Positions 34,472 to 44,103 are shown, counted from the stretch's first letter. The stretch: 46,930 bases of DNA from Spirochaetaceae bacterium (GCA_003552665.1 PUNW01000392.1:1-46930); one strand, 5' to 3'. Notes: generated by a model not told the origin, from the letters alone. Numbers and translations are program-made.

Positions 34472-37039
34472 TTACTCCAGATGCCGGGCGGGCGAGCGGA
34501 CGTGGTCGCCGCTTACCGGTGACAGCCCCCGGAACTCATCGCGGTAACGCGCAGCGGCCTGCTCGGCTCGATGTTCCTGTGCGTATGCATAGCGGGAGTA
34601 GTAGTGGCCGGCGTGTACGTATTTGAGTTGCGTGGCGGTAAGCTCGGCAAGAAACGGATCATCTTCGGGAGGCAGCGCCTCACGCACTGTGCGATACAAG
34701 CGTTCCCGTCGATCGCCGGTCAGGAAGCGGGGCTCTCCGGCTGCATGGGCGCGGTCGGTACGCGGGGCGACGTACTCCACCCGCGGCATATCGTCGGTGT
34801 TGAGCGGCGCCGCGGCAAAGACTCCTGATGCCGAGAGGTTTCCGACGTAATGGCGGAGAAGCATCGCTTCGTAGTATTCGGAACTTTCTTCGGGGCCGGA
34901 GAATGCGTCCCGGGCTGCGCCGGCGACGACTGAGGGGTCGAACGGATGATCAGCATCGCGATGGCCTACCAGCGCAACGATCGAGGCCGAGGCATAATGG
35001 TCTCCGCGCCAGATCGTCACCCGCGGGAATACCTCGTTCATCGTTCTCGCGATGAAACCCAGTTCGCGTTCGGAGACCTGGTACAGAGGAATCCACTGGA
35101 CATAGATCCCGCCTTCGCGCAGGCGACGGTGTCCGAGCCGGTAATGCTCGAGCGTGTACAAGTTCCCGGTGCCTTGCTTCCAGGGCGTGAACAGGTCGCT
35201 GACGATTACGTCGTACGTGGCGCGACTGCGCATCAGGCAGTTGCGGCCGTCTTCGGCGTGCACCGTGACACGTTCGTCGCCGAAGAGATGGTTGTTCCAC
35301 CGCGAGAACTGCCGTTCAGCGAGGGTGACCACCTCAGGCAGGATCTCACACACAACCACCTCCTCAACCGGGAAGAATAGGGCCGCTCCGGCGGTGATTC
35401 CGGTCCCCATTCCGAGATAGAAAACCCGGCGGGGGGCAGGGTGCTGCAGCAGGGCAACAGCGGTTTGGTTGCGCTCCGGCTCCAGAGAGCCGGAGCTGCC
35501 GAGCGTGTAGTAGTTGTTGACCCGGAGCACTCGGCTGCCGTCCCGGGTGTCGACAGCGGCAACGGTCGCGTGTGACCCTTCGATCCCTTCCACGAGCACT
35601 TCTCCCGGCCGGACGCCGAACGCGATGTTCCGGAGACCCGGCGGCTCGAACCACAGCAGTAGCGCGACCGCTGCCGCCGCAGCCAGGAGTAGCGCCTTGT
35701 TCCGCTTCAATGGAACCGTCGCGGCAAACAACAGCAGCAGCGCCGGATACATCGCGGCGAGCACGAGAAGGCTTCGCCATACTCCGAGGGTCGGGAGCAG
35801 CACGAAGCCACCCGCGAGTGAGCCGGCAATCGCCCCGAGCGTGTCTGCCGAGATGAGTCCTCCAACCGCCGCCCCGGCCGTAGTGTAACCCCGTTCGAGA
35901 AACCGCATCAGATACGGGAGCACCGAGCCGAGGAGAACTCCCGGAAGGAGCATGACCGCTATTGCTACCCCGGCAACCGAAAGCAGGTACGCCGCGAAGC
36001 CTCGCTCGGGGCTAAGGTACGCGAGCCCGTCGGTGGCGCAGTAGAACAGCCAGGGGCTTGCAGCAGCGGCTGCAGCTGCCCCCATCAGGAGCGCAACCAG
36101 AGTGGTCTCCTCCCGAACGCGCGTGAGCCGCGCGAGCAGGTGCGCCGCCACCGCGCCGGTCGCGAGCGAAACGAGAAAGACCGTCAAGACGAGCGCATAG
36201 GTATACGCTGAGTTCTGCAGAACCTGCGCAAACAGGCGTGTCCAGATGACCTCAATTGCGAGCGTCGCAAAGCCGGAGCAGAACGCAACCGTCCGGATTA
36301 TACGTTGTAAGCGCTGCGGCGATCCGGAGCCATGGCCGGCGGCGGTGCGAAGCGGCTGTGAAGTGACAGCGCCTGTAGCGCCTCCAGTGTCGGCGCTTGC
36401 CAATCTCGGGCGCCCCTTCAGCGCTGCGACGAGGCCTACACCGAGATCGAGCACAATCGCGCTCGCATACGCAGCCTGGATGCCGATTACCGGAGGCAGA
36501 ACGAAGCCGGCGGTGAGCGCTCCGCAGGCGGCACCCGCTGTGTTCACGGCGTAGAGCAGAGTTCCGGTGCGTGCAAGCCTCCCACGGCCGCGGATCAGGT
36601 GCTCGCTCATCAGCGGAAGCGTTCCACCGATCAGGAATGCGGTCGGAAAGAGCAGGGTTGCGGCGATTGCGGCTTTGGTGACGCCGTCGAGCACAGCCGA
36701 ATGGCCCACCTGGGCATAGATTAGCGGATAGACCAGGTAGTAGGCGTCCAGCAGCAGAAAATACCCGAGTGCGGTTGCGGCGACGCCGATCTCAAGCAGC
36801 CCGAACCAACGCAGGGCCGACTGAAAACGCCGAGCGCGAGCTCCCCAGAACCGGGCGCCTGCAGCAAGACCGGCGAAGAATATCGCGATCGAAATGGCGG
36901 CTGCCCGCGCCGTGCTTCCGAACAGCATGCCGAGCTCGCGTACCCACAGCACCTGGTACACCAGGGCCGTGAATCCGGAGAGGAAAAACAGCACCAGAAG
37001 CACGGTGTGTTTCTGTGCCGCGCTGCGCTTCGATCTCAT
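34472..37039 (-). CDS. Fused polytopic-membrane / spermidine-synthase-like (class I methyltransferase-fold) protein
   Basis: 855 aa. The N-terminal ~480 aa are polytopic (FFLSGFTALVYQVLWVRELGMLFG). A spermidine-synthase-like domain follows (VFYLGMGTGITAGAAL...YDVIVSDLF). This is the architecture usually annotated as fused MFS/spermidine synthase. Confidence 0.75.
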   Translation of the reverse strand: MRSKRSAAQKHTVLLVLFFLSGFTALVYQVLWVRELGMLFGSTARAAAISIAIFFAGLAAGARFWGARARRFQSALRWFGLLEIGVAATALGYFLLLDAYYLVYPLIYAQVGHSAVLDGVTKAAIAATLLFPTAFLIGGTLPLMSEHLIRGRGRLARTGTLLYAVNTAGAACGALTAGFVLPPVIGIQAAYASAIVLDLGVGLVAALKGRPRLASADTGGATGAVTSQPLRTAAGHGSGSPQRLQRIIRTVAFCSGFATLAIEVIWTRLFAQVLQNSAYTYALVLTVFLVSLATGAVAAHLLARLTRVREETTLVALLMGAAAAAAASPWLFYCATDGLAYLSPERGFAAYLLSVAGVAIAVMLLPGVLLGSVLPYLMRFLERGYTTAGAAVGGLISADTLGAIAGSLAGGFVLLPTLGVWRSLLVLAAMYPALLLLFAATVPLKRNKALLLAAAAAVALLLWFEPPGLRNIAFGVRPGEVLVEGIEGSHATVAAVDTRDGSRVLRVNNYYTLGSSGSLEPERNQTAVALLQHPAPRRVFYLGMGTGITAGAALFFPVEEVVVCEILPEVVTLAERQFSRWNNHLFGDERVTVHAEDGRNCLMRSRATYDVIVSDLFTPWKQGTGNLYTLEHYRLGHRRLREGGIYVQWIPLYQVSERELGFIARTMNEVFPRVTIWRGDHYASASIVALVGHRDADHPFDPSVVAGAARDAFSGPEESSEYYEAMLLRHYVGNLSASGVFAAAPLNTDDMPRVEYVAPRTDRAHAAGEPRFLTGDRRERLYRTVREALPPEDDPFLAELTATQLKYVHAGHYYSRYAYAQEHRAEQAAARYRDEFRGLSPVSGDHVRSPARHLE

Positions 37040-37060
37040 AAGCGTGTGAGAAGAGCGTCT

Positions 37061-38023
37061 TCACCGTAGCGCGAGCCCTATTGCTACGAACACCAGCGGG
37101 AGGTACGTGACCGAAGCGCGTAACAGAAGGCGGGCGTGACGCCTGTCGTAGTGCCTGCAGAGCGAGATAGCCCGGTACGCGAAGCCGATCCAGAGGGCGG
37201 TCGCCGGCAGGGCGTACCAGGGATGTACGAGCTCCAGCGGAACCGGAAGCAGAGAAGCGAGGAGAGTCATTACCGACCAGGCAAGGATCTGCCGCCGCAC
37301 CCGTTGTCCTCCCAGGTCAATGACCGGCAACACCTTCAGATCGGCTCGGCGGTAGTCGCTGAGATTCTTGAGCTGTACTGAATAGAAGTGCGGAAACTGC
37401 CAGGCGAACACGATCGCCGCCAGGGCCCACGCCTCGGCGGACGGCGTCCCGGTCGCCGCGGTCCAACCCACCAGGGGCGGCATTGCCCCGGCAAAGGCTC
37501 CAATTGTGGTGTGTGCAGGGGTTCGCCGTTTGAGGGGGGTATACAGTCCCAGGTATATGATGAGGTTGGCAACCGCGAATACGCCGCACAGAACCCCTAC
37601 CCACAGCGTGAGAATGCCTGTTCCGATCGCCGAAAAGCAGATACCGAACGTAAGTGCGATTTGCGGCTGCATGCGTCCTGACGGCAGCGGTCTGCCGGCG
37701 GTTCGCGGCATCAAGCGGTCGATATCGCGTTCAAGATAGTGGTTCAACGCAAACATGCCGGCGGCGAAAGCCGATACGCCCACTGCAAGCACCACCAAAC
37801 CAAGCCAACCACCCCCCCCGGGCATACGCGACGCTACGCTCCCCGGCCCGGCCTCGATGGTGTCACCGACCCGTGCAGCGATCAGATATGTTCCCAGGGT
37901 AACGAGCAACAGGAGTGTCGCAAGGCGTGGCTTCGTCAGCTCACCGAACGTGGCGAGCGTACGAACGATCGGGACGGTGGTGTCGTCGACCGCACGTGGT
38001 GTCGATCCGATCGTCTCAGACAT
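37061..38023 (-). CDS. ctaB: Protoheme IX farnesyltransferase (heme O synthase)
   Basis: It is a UbiA-family polytopic protein. ELTKPRLATLLLLVT..., ...NHYLERDIDRLMPRTAGRPLPSG... and ...YSVQL...DY... are typical of CtaB/CyoE. Confidence 0.85.
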   Translation of the reverse strand: MSETIGSTPRAVDDTTVPIVRTLATFGELTKPRLATLLLLVTLGTYLIAARVGDTIEAGPGSVASRMPGGGGWLGLVVLAVGVSAFAAGMFALNHYLERDIDRLMPRTAGRPLPSGRMQPQIALTFGICFSAIGTGILTLWVGVLCGVFAVANLIIYLGLYTPLKRRTPAHTTIGAFAGAMPPLVGWTAATGTPSAEAWALAAIVFAWQFPHFYSVQLKNLSDYRRADLKVLPVIDLGGQRVRRQILAWSVMTLLASLLPVPLELVHPWYALPATALWIGFAYRAISLCRHYDRRHARLLLRASVTYLPLVFVAIGLALR

Positions 38024-38037
38024 CTCGCCATCAACCC

Positions 38038-38580
38038 CTAGAACTCCACATCGAACGACGTTCGGGAATCGGTGCCGTGGTCCGAACTGAGATCGTTTGA
38101 CGTTCCGTAAGCGAGCATGAATGTGTGCGTCTCACCGGGGTTGAGAGGATTGTCATACTCATCGCCCGAATCAAGCGGCCGGCGGAAGTGGAGCATCGTT
38201 CCTCCGTCGGTCAGTTCGCCGGCAATGAGCTCGACGTCATCGGTACCCCCGAGCTCGGTATCCGGCCGGTGTGTGGTCAGCTGATCGCCGTAGTGGTCTT
38301 CGATTACGACGTTGCCGTCGTCTTCCACATAGCCGATTATGATGTCGGCACCGCGCATTGTGGCCTCCGGATCAAACCCGACACCGACCCAACCTTGCTC
38401 GGGCGAGGTCACGATGAACTCGGCCATGTCACCGTCCACACGCCATTCCAGCGTCATGTCGATCGCTTCGACGCGCTTGAAGCCCTCATCGGTCTCGGTG
38501 ACCTCCGGCGGCGGGTCGCACGCTGCCACAGCGGCTATGACCGCCGCGAGTAACATAGCTCGGCGCAGGGTAATTCGCAT
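38038..38580 (-). CDS. DOMON-domain lipoprotein (putative extracytoplasmic heme- or ligand-binding)
   Basis: It has a lipobox (AAVAA-C) and an AAGGAGG SD. The beta-sandwich pattern LEWRVDGD...FIVTSP.QGWVGVGF...GADIIIGYV... is typical of DOMON domains. Confidence 0.65.
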   Translation of the reverse strand: MRITLRRAMLLAAVIAAVAACDPPPEVTETDEGFKRVEAIDMTLEWRVDGDMAEFIVTSPEQGWVGVGFDPEATMRGADIIIGYVEDDGNVVIEDHYGDQLTTHRPDTELGGTDDVELIAGELTDGGTMLHFRRPLDSGDEYDNPLNPGETHTFMLAYGTSNDLSSDHGTDSRTSFDVEF

Positions 38581-38768
38581 GCCTTGCCTCCTTTACCGGT
38601 GCATCGCGTTTGATCGTTTGATGGTGTGTCCTGTTCTCCTCCGTTCCACGCATCGATCCAGCCTGCCAGCCTAAAGTTGACTAAAACAGTAACATTATGA
38701 TAACCGGGTTCGGCTGATTTGGCAACTGACCGTAAGACCGTTCGGGAAACCCGGATTCGCTTCACGCT

Positions 38769-39146
38769 TCAGGGCGCGCCCGCGGAGCTGCCCCGGCGGG
38801 CTTCGACGAACGACCTGATCCCCGCAATCAGATAGACCAGCGCGATGACAGCCATAGCGCTCGAGGCCAGCGCGGCGGCATCCGGGCCCGCGAGAAGGCC
38901 GGGAACACCGCGCCCGAGGCCCCCGAGAACCACCAGAAGCGCGAGCGCCATCGCGGCATGCATAAGGTGTTTGCGCCAGGCGGAAACCCGCGCAGCCAGT
39001 ATCCCCAGCGCAGTCAACAGTACGCCCGGACCGGCCGGAATCAGAACTGTCCAATGGGGAGGGGCTCCGGGCTCCATCAGGCCTAAGAACAGCCCGATTC
39101 CGAGCAGAACGAACGCCATACCGGTGATTACTGTCGTTCTCGGCAT
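38769..39146 (-). CDS. Small 4-TM membrane protein, function unknown
   Basis: 125 aa and hydrophobic, with a strong AGGAGGAAGG SD. It lies 45 nt downstream of the hemA stop on the same strand. Confidence 0.55.
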   Translation of the reverse strand: MPRTTVITGMAFVLLGIGLFLGLMEPGAPPHWTVLIPAGPGVLLTALGILAARVSAWRKHLMHAAMALALLVVLGGLGRGVPGLLAGPDAAALASSAMAVIALVYLIAGIRSFVEARRGSSAGAP

Positions 39147-39191
39147 ATTACCTTCCTCCTGAAGAGTTCCGCCGGTGAGCTGCGCTCGGGC

Positions 39192-40442
39192 TCACTCTGC
39201 GCCCCAGTCGTGTTTCCCGGTGTAGTTCCGGGGCGAAGAGGCAGGCGGCTCATGCGCATGAGTCGCGGTGTGGATCATCCGCTGCGTCAGGCTTTCGGCG
39301 AAGCGTCTCAGCTCGCCGGCGTTGCGTTCGTCAAGCGAATGCTCCCAGCGCGCGACCTCCTCCTTGCACACCGAGTGCAGTCGATCACGAAGCCGCTCGC
39401 GCCCCGGTTCATCGCCATCGCCGGAGCGCACGTGCTGCTCGGCGAAGCGCTCCACTGCGGTCTCGATTAACTCTTCAACCTGTGGAACGGCCATCAGGCG
39501 GCGGTCGTAATTGGCATCTACAATCGGACTCACCGATTCGATGCTGTACAGCGCAACGGAACTGAGATCATCGGCCTGCGCTTCCACGATGCGCGGTACG
39601 CTGATATCGATCAGAACGAGCGGGCGTCCGTTTCGGTGTCGATCCAGCGCCTGCAACTGCGTGCGGTTGATCAAATAGCGATTGGCGTACTGCAGGCTGA
39701 GGAACGCAAGGTCGGCTTCGGCAAGCGCAGGCTCGATCTCGTGCAGCCCTGCGATCGATGCGTCCAGTTCTTCGGCAATCGGCAGCGCGTTCTCACGCGT
39801 ACGGTTGGCGACTGTAAGCGAACGAACCTCGCGCTTGCGAAGATAGCGCATGATCTGGGTCGCCATTTTGCCGGCGCCGATTACCAGAGTGCGCTTGTCG
39901 GCCAGCCCATCGCACAGGCGAGCGGCCATCTCCACCGCGGCTACCGAAACCGAAACCGTACCGGCTCCAATCTGAGTCTTGGAGCGAGCCTGTTTGCCGA
40001 TTCTGAAAGCCTCATGGAACAATCGGTTCAGCACCGGGCCGGTTGTGCCGGTGTCGACTGCCTGTCGATAGGCGTCTTTGACCTGCCTGACGATCTCAAC
40101 CTCTCCGACAACCAACGCATCGAGGCTGGTAATCACCCGGAACAGATGCCGTGCGGCTTCGCGTTCGTGGAGACAGTAAAAGGAGTCCTGCCATGGGCGA
40201 ATGTCGACCGCCTTGATCTCGCGAAGGACGCTCCGGACGAACTTGGGGGCTTCGACAGCGGAGCTGCAAACGAGCAGGATCTCGACGCGATTACAGGTGC
40301 TCAGCAGGGCTGCTTCACGAATTCCGGGTTGCTCATAGAGGCGCGTGAGACAGCTCGGCAGCTCTGCTTCGGAGACGGCGATCTGTTCGCGCCTGTCGAC
40401 GTCGAGCGACTTGTGGTTGGCCCCGTACAGGACAAGGGTCAT
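39192..40442 (-). CDS. hemA: Glutamyl-tRNA reductase
   Basis: ALLSTCNRVEILLV contains the catalytic Cys motif. GAGKMA marks the NADPH-binding domain, followed by a C-terminal dimerisation helix. A GAGGGA SD precedes it. Confidence 0.9.
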   Translation of the reverse strand: MTLVLYGANHKSLDVDRREQIAVSEAELPSCLTRLYEQPGIREAALLSTCNRVEILLVCSSAVEAPKFVRSVLREIKAVDIRPWQDSFYCLHEREAARHLFRVITSLDALVVGEVEIVRQVKDAYRQAVDTGTTGPVLNRLFHEAFRIGKQARSKTQIGAGTVSVSVAAVEMAARLCDGLADKRTLVIGAGKMATQIMRYLRKREVRSLTVANRTRENALPIAEELDASIAGLHEIEPALAEADLAFLSLQYANRYLINRTQLQALDRHRNGRPLVLIDISVPRIVEAQADDLSSVALYSIESVSPIVDANYDRRLMAVPQVEELIETAVERFAEQHVRSGDGDEPGRERLRDRLHSVCKEEVARWEHSLDERNAGELRRFAESLTQRMIHTATHAHEPPASSPRNYTGKHDWGAE

Positions 40443-40569
40443 CGCGCATCCCTCGTTGGCCCGTTTGGTACCGGAACTCCAGCGTCTTTTTGGACGGGCA
40501 CCGTCAGCAAAGCTCTATCCCTTACCCGGACAACCGGCCGCGGGATCAGCCCGGGCGTGAACGTCATTG

Positions 40570-40590
40570 ATTATAAAAACACTCAACAAT
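40570..40590 (-). promoter_or_regulatory. Second copy of the conserved 21-bp AT-rich element (contains TATAAT on the minus strand) upstream of hemA
   Basis: ATTATAAAAACACTCAACAAT here compares with ATTATAAAAACAGTCAACAAT at 32823-32843, 20/21 identical. Two of the three preceding bases also match. It lies about 128 nt upstream of the hemA ATG. Confidence 0.45.
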
Positions 40591-40858
40591 AGCGTCTGTG
40601 TACAAGGGTAAAGCACCTTGCGGCGATCTGTCCAACCGGATTTCGTGCTGTGGGCAAATTTCGCCGCTGACATAACGGCAATCATGAGTTCGAGTAGCTG
40701 CGGCGCTTCTGCCGGTGCCGAGAGAATCAGCACCAAAAACGCCATGGGATGCACCCCTTCCGTCTTGGCAGGCTTGTCAAATGACCCTGCACCGGCTATG
40801 GTAGTCCCGCGTGACGGCGTGATTGTCCAGTACCGCCTGAACCGAACGAGAAAACCAA

Positions 40859-42055
40859 ATGAACGCTGATCTGCAGCAACTCTTCGACGGTCCGAGTTAC
40901 CGAGCCAAAGACAAACAAAAAGCAAAACTGTTTCACGCAATTCGCTCCACCGAGGGGGGCACTCGGAAGCAATTGGCCGACCAGTTCGCATTGCGCCGCA
41001 CCACCGTGTCCCATCTGGTCCAGCAACTGCTCGATGATGACCTGGTGCGCGAGGGCGAGCTGCGAAACAGCCGTCGCCTGGGGCGTCCGCAGATCCCTTT
41101 GTATCCTAACTTCAACCGCTTCACTGCCCTTGCGCTCTACTTCGTCTCAATGGAGTTGAAAGGTGCACTCCTCAACTCCGCCGATGAGGTTCTTGCCGAA
41201 CGCAGCGTGACGCTCTCGGAACAGAGCAACCACGCTCAACTTACGAACCGGATCGTTGAAACCGCGCATGCGCTGCGGCAACAGGTGCCGCCCGGGTCCG
41301 AGCTGCTAGGATGTGGAATCACGTTTCCCGGATATGTGGACACCTACCGCCGGCGATGGGTGTTCGCCGCGCGCTGGCCCGGCCTGCGCGAGTTCTCCGC
41401 AACTCAGATTGAATCTCGTCTCAATCTGCCGCTTGCCTTTCGGCGGTCGCTCGACGCCGAGCTGGACTACCTCTTAGGGCGATACCCCGAATACCGCACC
41501 GGCGGGACCCTGTTGGTGCACTGGGGCTACGGCATCGGCAGCTCCTATGCGCATGACGCACACATAATTCAGACCGTCGCCGGGGGATTCGGCGAGATCG
41601 GGCACGTTGCGCTGTGCGAAGGCACGAACGCGGCGCGGTGCATTTGCGGCCGAACGGGGTGCCTTGAAACCGAAGCGGCCTTGTGGGCGGTCTTGCCGCG
41701 CCTGCGTGAGTCGGTCCCCGATCTCCCTCACGGTGAGGAGGAGTTCTCGCGCGCGTTTCTGGAACGCAACCTTGCCGAGCATCCGCAAGTCAAACATGCG
41801 GTCGCTGCATTTACGCGCGCGTTGGTAGTGCTGCACACGCTGTTTGCCCCTGAACGCATGGTGCTGTACGGGCCCTTTATCGACAGCGACGAAATCTATC
41901 GTACTGTTGCCTCGGGTGTCTATCACGCATTTCCGGAGAACTTTACCAAGTTACTGACAATTGAGCGCATTCGAACCGCCTTCGCCGGCGATTTGTTCGG
42001 AGCAACCTCCGGATTCTTCCGCGACGCCTATACCCGCTACCTGCTTGCCAGTTGA
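40859..42055 (+). CDS. ROK-family transcriptional regulator (NagC/XylR-like)
   Basis: The N-terminus is a winged HTH (TRKQLADQFALRRTTVSHLVQQLLDDDLV). The ROK sugar-kinase-like domain carries the zinc motif GHV...C.C.GR.GCLE. The SD is weak, so the start is uncertain. Confidence 0.85.
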   Translation: MNADLQQLFDGPSYRAKDKQKAKLFHAIRSTEGGTRKQLADQFALRRTTVSHLVQQLLDDDLVREGELRNSRRLGRPQIPLYPNFNRFTALALYFVSMELKGALLNSADEVLAERSVTLSEQSNHAQLTNRIVETAHALRQQVPPGSELLGCGITFPGYVDTYRRRWVFAARWPGLREFSATQIESRLNLPLAFRRSLDAELDYLLGRYPEYRTGGTLLVHWGYGIGSSYAHDAHIIQTVAGGFGEIGHVALCEGTNAARCICGRTGCLETEAALWAVLPRLRESVPDLPHGEEEFSRAFLERNLAEHPQVKHAVAAFTRALVVLHTLFAPERMVLYGPFIDSDEIYRTVASGVYHAFPENFTKLLTIERIRTAFAGDLFGATSGFFRDAYTRYLLAS

Positions 42056-42096
42056 GCCGGTGCGAACGTTACGCGTGCGCCACCGTCCCTCTTTCC

Positions 42097-43281
42097 TCAT
42101 GCTTTGGCATTGAAAACCTCCCTTCCGGCGCACCATACGTGGCGTATCTGTAGCCTGGGTTCGCCTTCCGAGTAGTCAAAAACGGTCAGATTCGCCGGCT
42201 GGTCGATACTGAGTCCGGTGGTGACGGCATCCTCGATTCCGAGCATGCGGGCGGGGTTGAGCGTGCATAACCGTATCACCTCGCCGAGCGCCAAACCGGT
42301 GAAGCGCTGACAGTGGGCAATATCCCAATCGAGCAGATGGGCCGCACCGGCGAGAAAGCTCGTACCCGGTAAGCCTAAGTGACCGTCGGGAAATACCTCC
42401 ACATCGATCTGTCCCCATTTATAGATGCCGGGGGCCTTGCCGCCCAACAGCGCCGCATCGCTGACGAGGATCAGACGGGACAACCCCTTCGCCCGGTGAA
42501 ACACCTTCACGACCGAATCCGGCAGGTGGAATCCGTCGCAGATTATACTCGCCCAGAGATCGTCCTGCGCGAGTTGCTCCCAAATGTAGTTCCGGAGGCG
42601 AGGTATTAGGGCGTGGCTGCCGTTGCCGATGTGCGTCGACAAGCGCGCCCCGGCTTTCACCGCACGCCGGATTGTGTCCGGCTCGGCGCCGCTATGGCCG
42701 ATCGCGACACAGACGCCGTCAGCGGCGAGCTTCTCGATAAACTCTATTGAGCCGCTTCGCTCGGGCGCAAGCGTTACGATCCGAATCCGGTTCCCGGAGG
42801 CGGTCTGCCACTCGCGGTATTCGCCGTAATCGGGATCGCGGACGTAGCTCGGGTCATGGGCGCCGCGTGGCCCGTCTTCAGAGGAAACGTAGGGTCCTTC
42901 GATATGCAGTCCGGGAACAGCCGATTGCAGAAGCGGATCACGGTCGAGAACCTCCGCGATGATGCCGAGGTTACGCAGCAGGCGATCCTGCGGTGAGGTT
43001 ACGATTGTGGGAATGTGCTGTGTGGTGCCGGATTCGGCCAGGTGCCGGTGGATAGCCCGCAGGTCGTGTTCGCCGAACTCGTCCAGGCTGTAGTCGCTGC
43101 CCCGATAGCCATTGACCTGAACATCCACAAATCCGGGGCTGACGAACGGTTTGCCTGCGGTGTCTCCGCACTCAGTCGAGGCCGAGTCCTGCGGTTCGAG
43201 CAGATCGCGAATTCCGCCTTCGTCGAACTGCACCTCGATTTCTCGCCCATCGAAAACCGAAATACCTCGTACTGTGTTCAC
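42097..43281 (-). CDS. nagA: N-acetylglucosamine-6-phosphate deacetylase-like amidohydrolase
   Basis: PGFVDVQVNGYRG, ...HIEGPY..., ...VTLAPE..., ...IGHS... and ...THIGNG... match NagA-family metal and catalytic motifs. It has a GTG start with an AGGGGG SD. Confidence 0.8.
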   Translation of the reverse strand: MNTVRGISVFDGREIEVQFDEGGIRDLLEPQDSASTECGDTAGKPFVSPGFVDVQVNGYRGSDYSLDEFGEHDLRAIHRHLAESGTTQHIPTIVTSPQDRLLRNLGIIAEVLDRDPLLQSAVPGLHIEGPYVSSEDGPRGAHDPSYVRDPDYGEYREWQTASGNRIRIVTLAPERSGSIEFIEKLAADGVCVAIGHSGAEPDTIRRAVKAGARLSTHIGNGSHALIPRLRNYIWEQLAQDDLWASIICDGFHLPDSVVKVFHRAKGLSRLILVSDAALLGGKAPGIYKWGQIDVEVFPDGHLGLPGTSFLAGAAHLLDWDIAHCQRFTGLALGEVIRLCTLNPARMLGIEDAVTTGLSIDQPANLTVFDYSEGEPRLQIRHVWCAGREVFNAKA

Positions 43282-43305
43282 GGCGCCCCCTACTGTGAAG
43301 GAGTT

Positions 43306-43333
43306 TATGTTATTAACCTAATATGTTATTAAC
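43306..43333. promoter_or_regulatory. Two direct copies of TATGTTATTAAC, candidate operator upstream of nagA
   Basis: The 12-mer occurs at 43306-43317 and 43322-43333, a 16-bp register. Each copy contains the near-palindrome GTTAnTAAC. They lie 25-52 bp upstream of the nagA GTG in an AT-rich patch. Confidence 0.45.
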
Positions 43334-43571
43334 AATAAGGTCTGAAACGAGACCTGTCAAGCGCAAGGTTTGCTGATTATTCTCATCGCATGGTATTAAT
43401 GGCTCAGAGGAGTCAGCAGAAGAGCCTCAATGCCGCGCGGGGGCAGGCAGCGTTATACAGCCGGGGGCGGCCGGCAGGAACGGCTGGTGAACCGGGTGTG
43501 GTGCTCAATCTCGACGAGCGCCGTAACGCGTAAGATGAGCGTCAGGCGGAAGCGGGTCGCAACTCTCTCGG

Positions 43572-44103
43572 CTATGACGTGGATGTGACGCCCGAGTGGC
43601 CGGATTCAATTCTGATAACCCACGGCAATTGCGACGTGTTTCTCGACGCAGCCGCCGCTTCACTGGCCAATCGCAAGTAACCCGTCGAGCGCATCAAACC
43701 TCGAACCGCGCCGACGCGACGGCGCGGCGGTTTTTCGTAGACATTGCCGCTACAACCGTTTATAATATGGACCTTGCTGGCATAGCGTTCGACGATACGG
43801 CCCACCCTGCGGTAGTTCAACTGCCAGATTACGGCGCGGGCATTCGGGCCGGTGTGTTCTCAGGGAGCCCAGACCTGCAGAATGACGAGATCGGCCTCGG
43901 GTAAGAGCGCCGAGATTGCCCTGCTTGGCAGGGCAGGCGATCGTCTGGACGCCGAGTTCCTGAAGCTCGCCACGCCGGCTCGGATCGGAACACCGGGCGA
44001 CGCCGTAGAGCTTGGCACCGGTTCCGGTGAGGCGTTAAGCGAGGATAGATCCGATTTTGCTCGAAGCTCCCACGATCAATACCCGCTTGCCGGTCAGATT
44101 CAT
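43572..44103 (-). pseudogene. Decayed NAD-dependent epimerase/dehydratase (SDR) gene
   Basis: The minus strand from ATG 44103 reads MNLTGKRVLIVGASSKIGSILA, a Rossmann GxxGxxG start, then an in-frame TAA. Similarity continues in shifted frames (...LGVQTIA..., ...EADLVILQVWAP..., ...VHIINGCSGNVYE...). The total length is far too short for the family. Confidence 0.5.

Noticed and set aside
40515-40991. 158-aa minus-strand ORF and 83-aa plus-strand ORF (40618-40869) in the hemA/ROK spacer
   Set aside because: They overlap each other, the conserved AT-rich element and the ROK start. They have no SD, and their composition is atypical of the window's genes.
43401-43535. 44-codon plus-strand ORF (MAQRSQQKSLNAARGQAALYSRGRPAGTAGEPGVVLNLDERRNA) next to the AT-rich patch, considered as a possible remnant of a mobile-element gene
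   Set aside because: It is too short and featureless to assign. No inverted repeats, target-site duplications or integrase/transposase motifs lie nearby.
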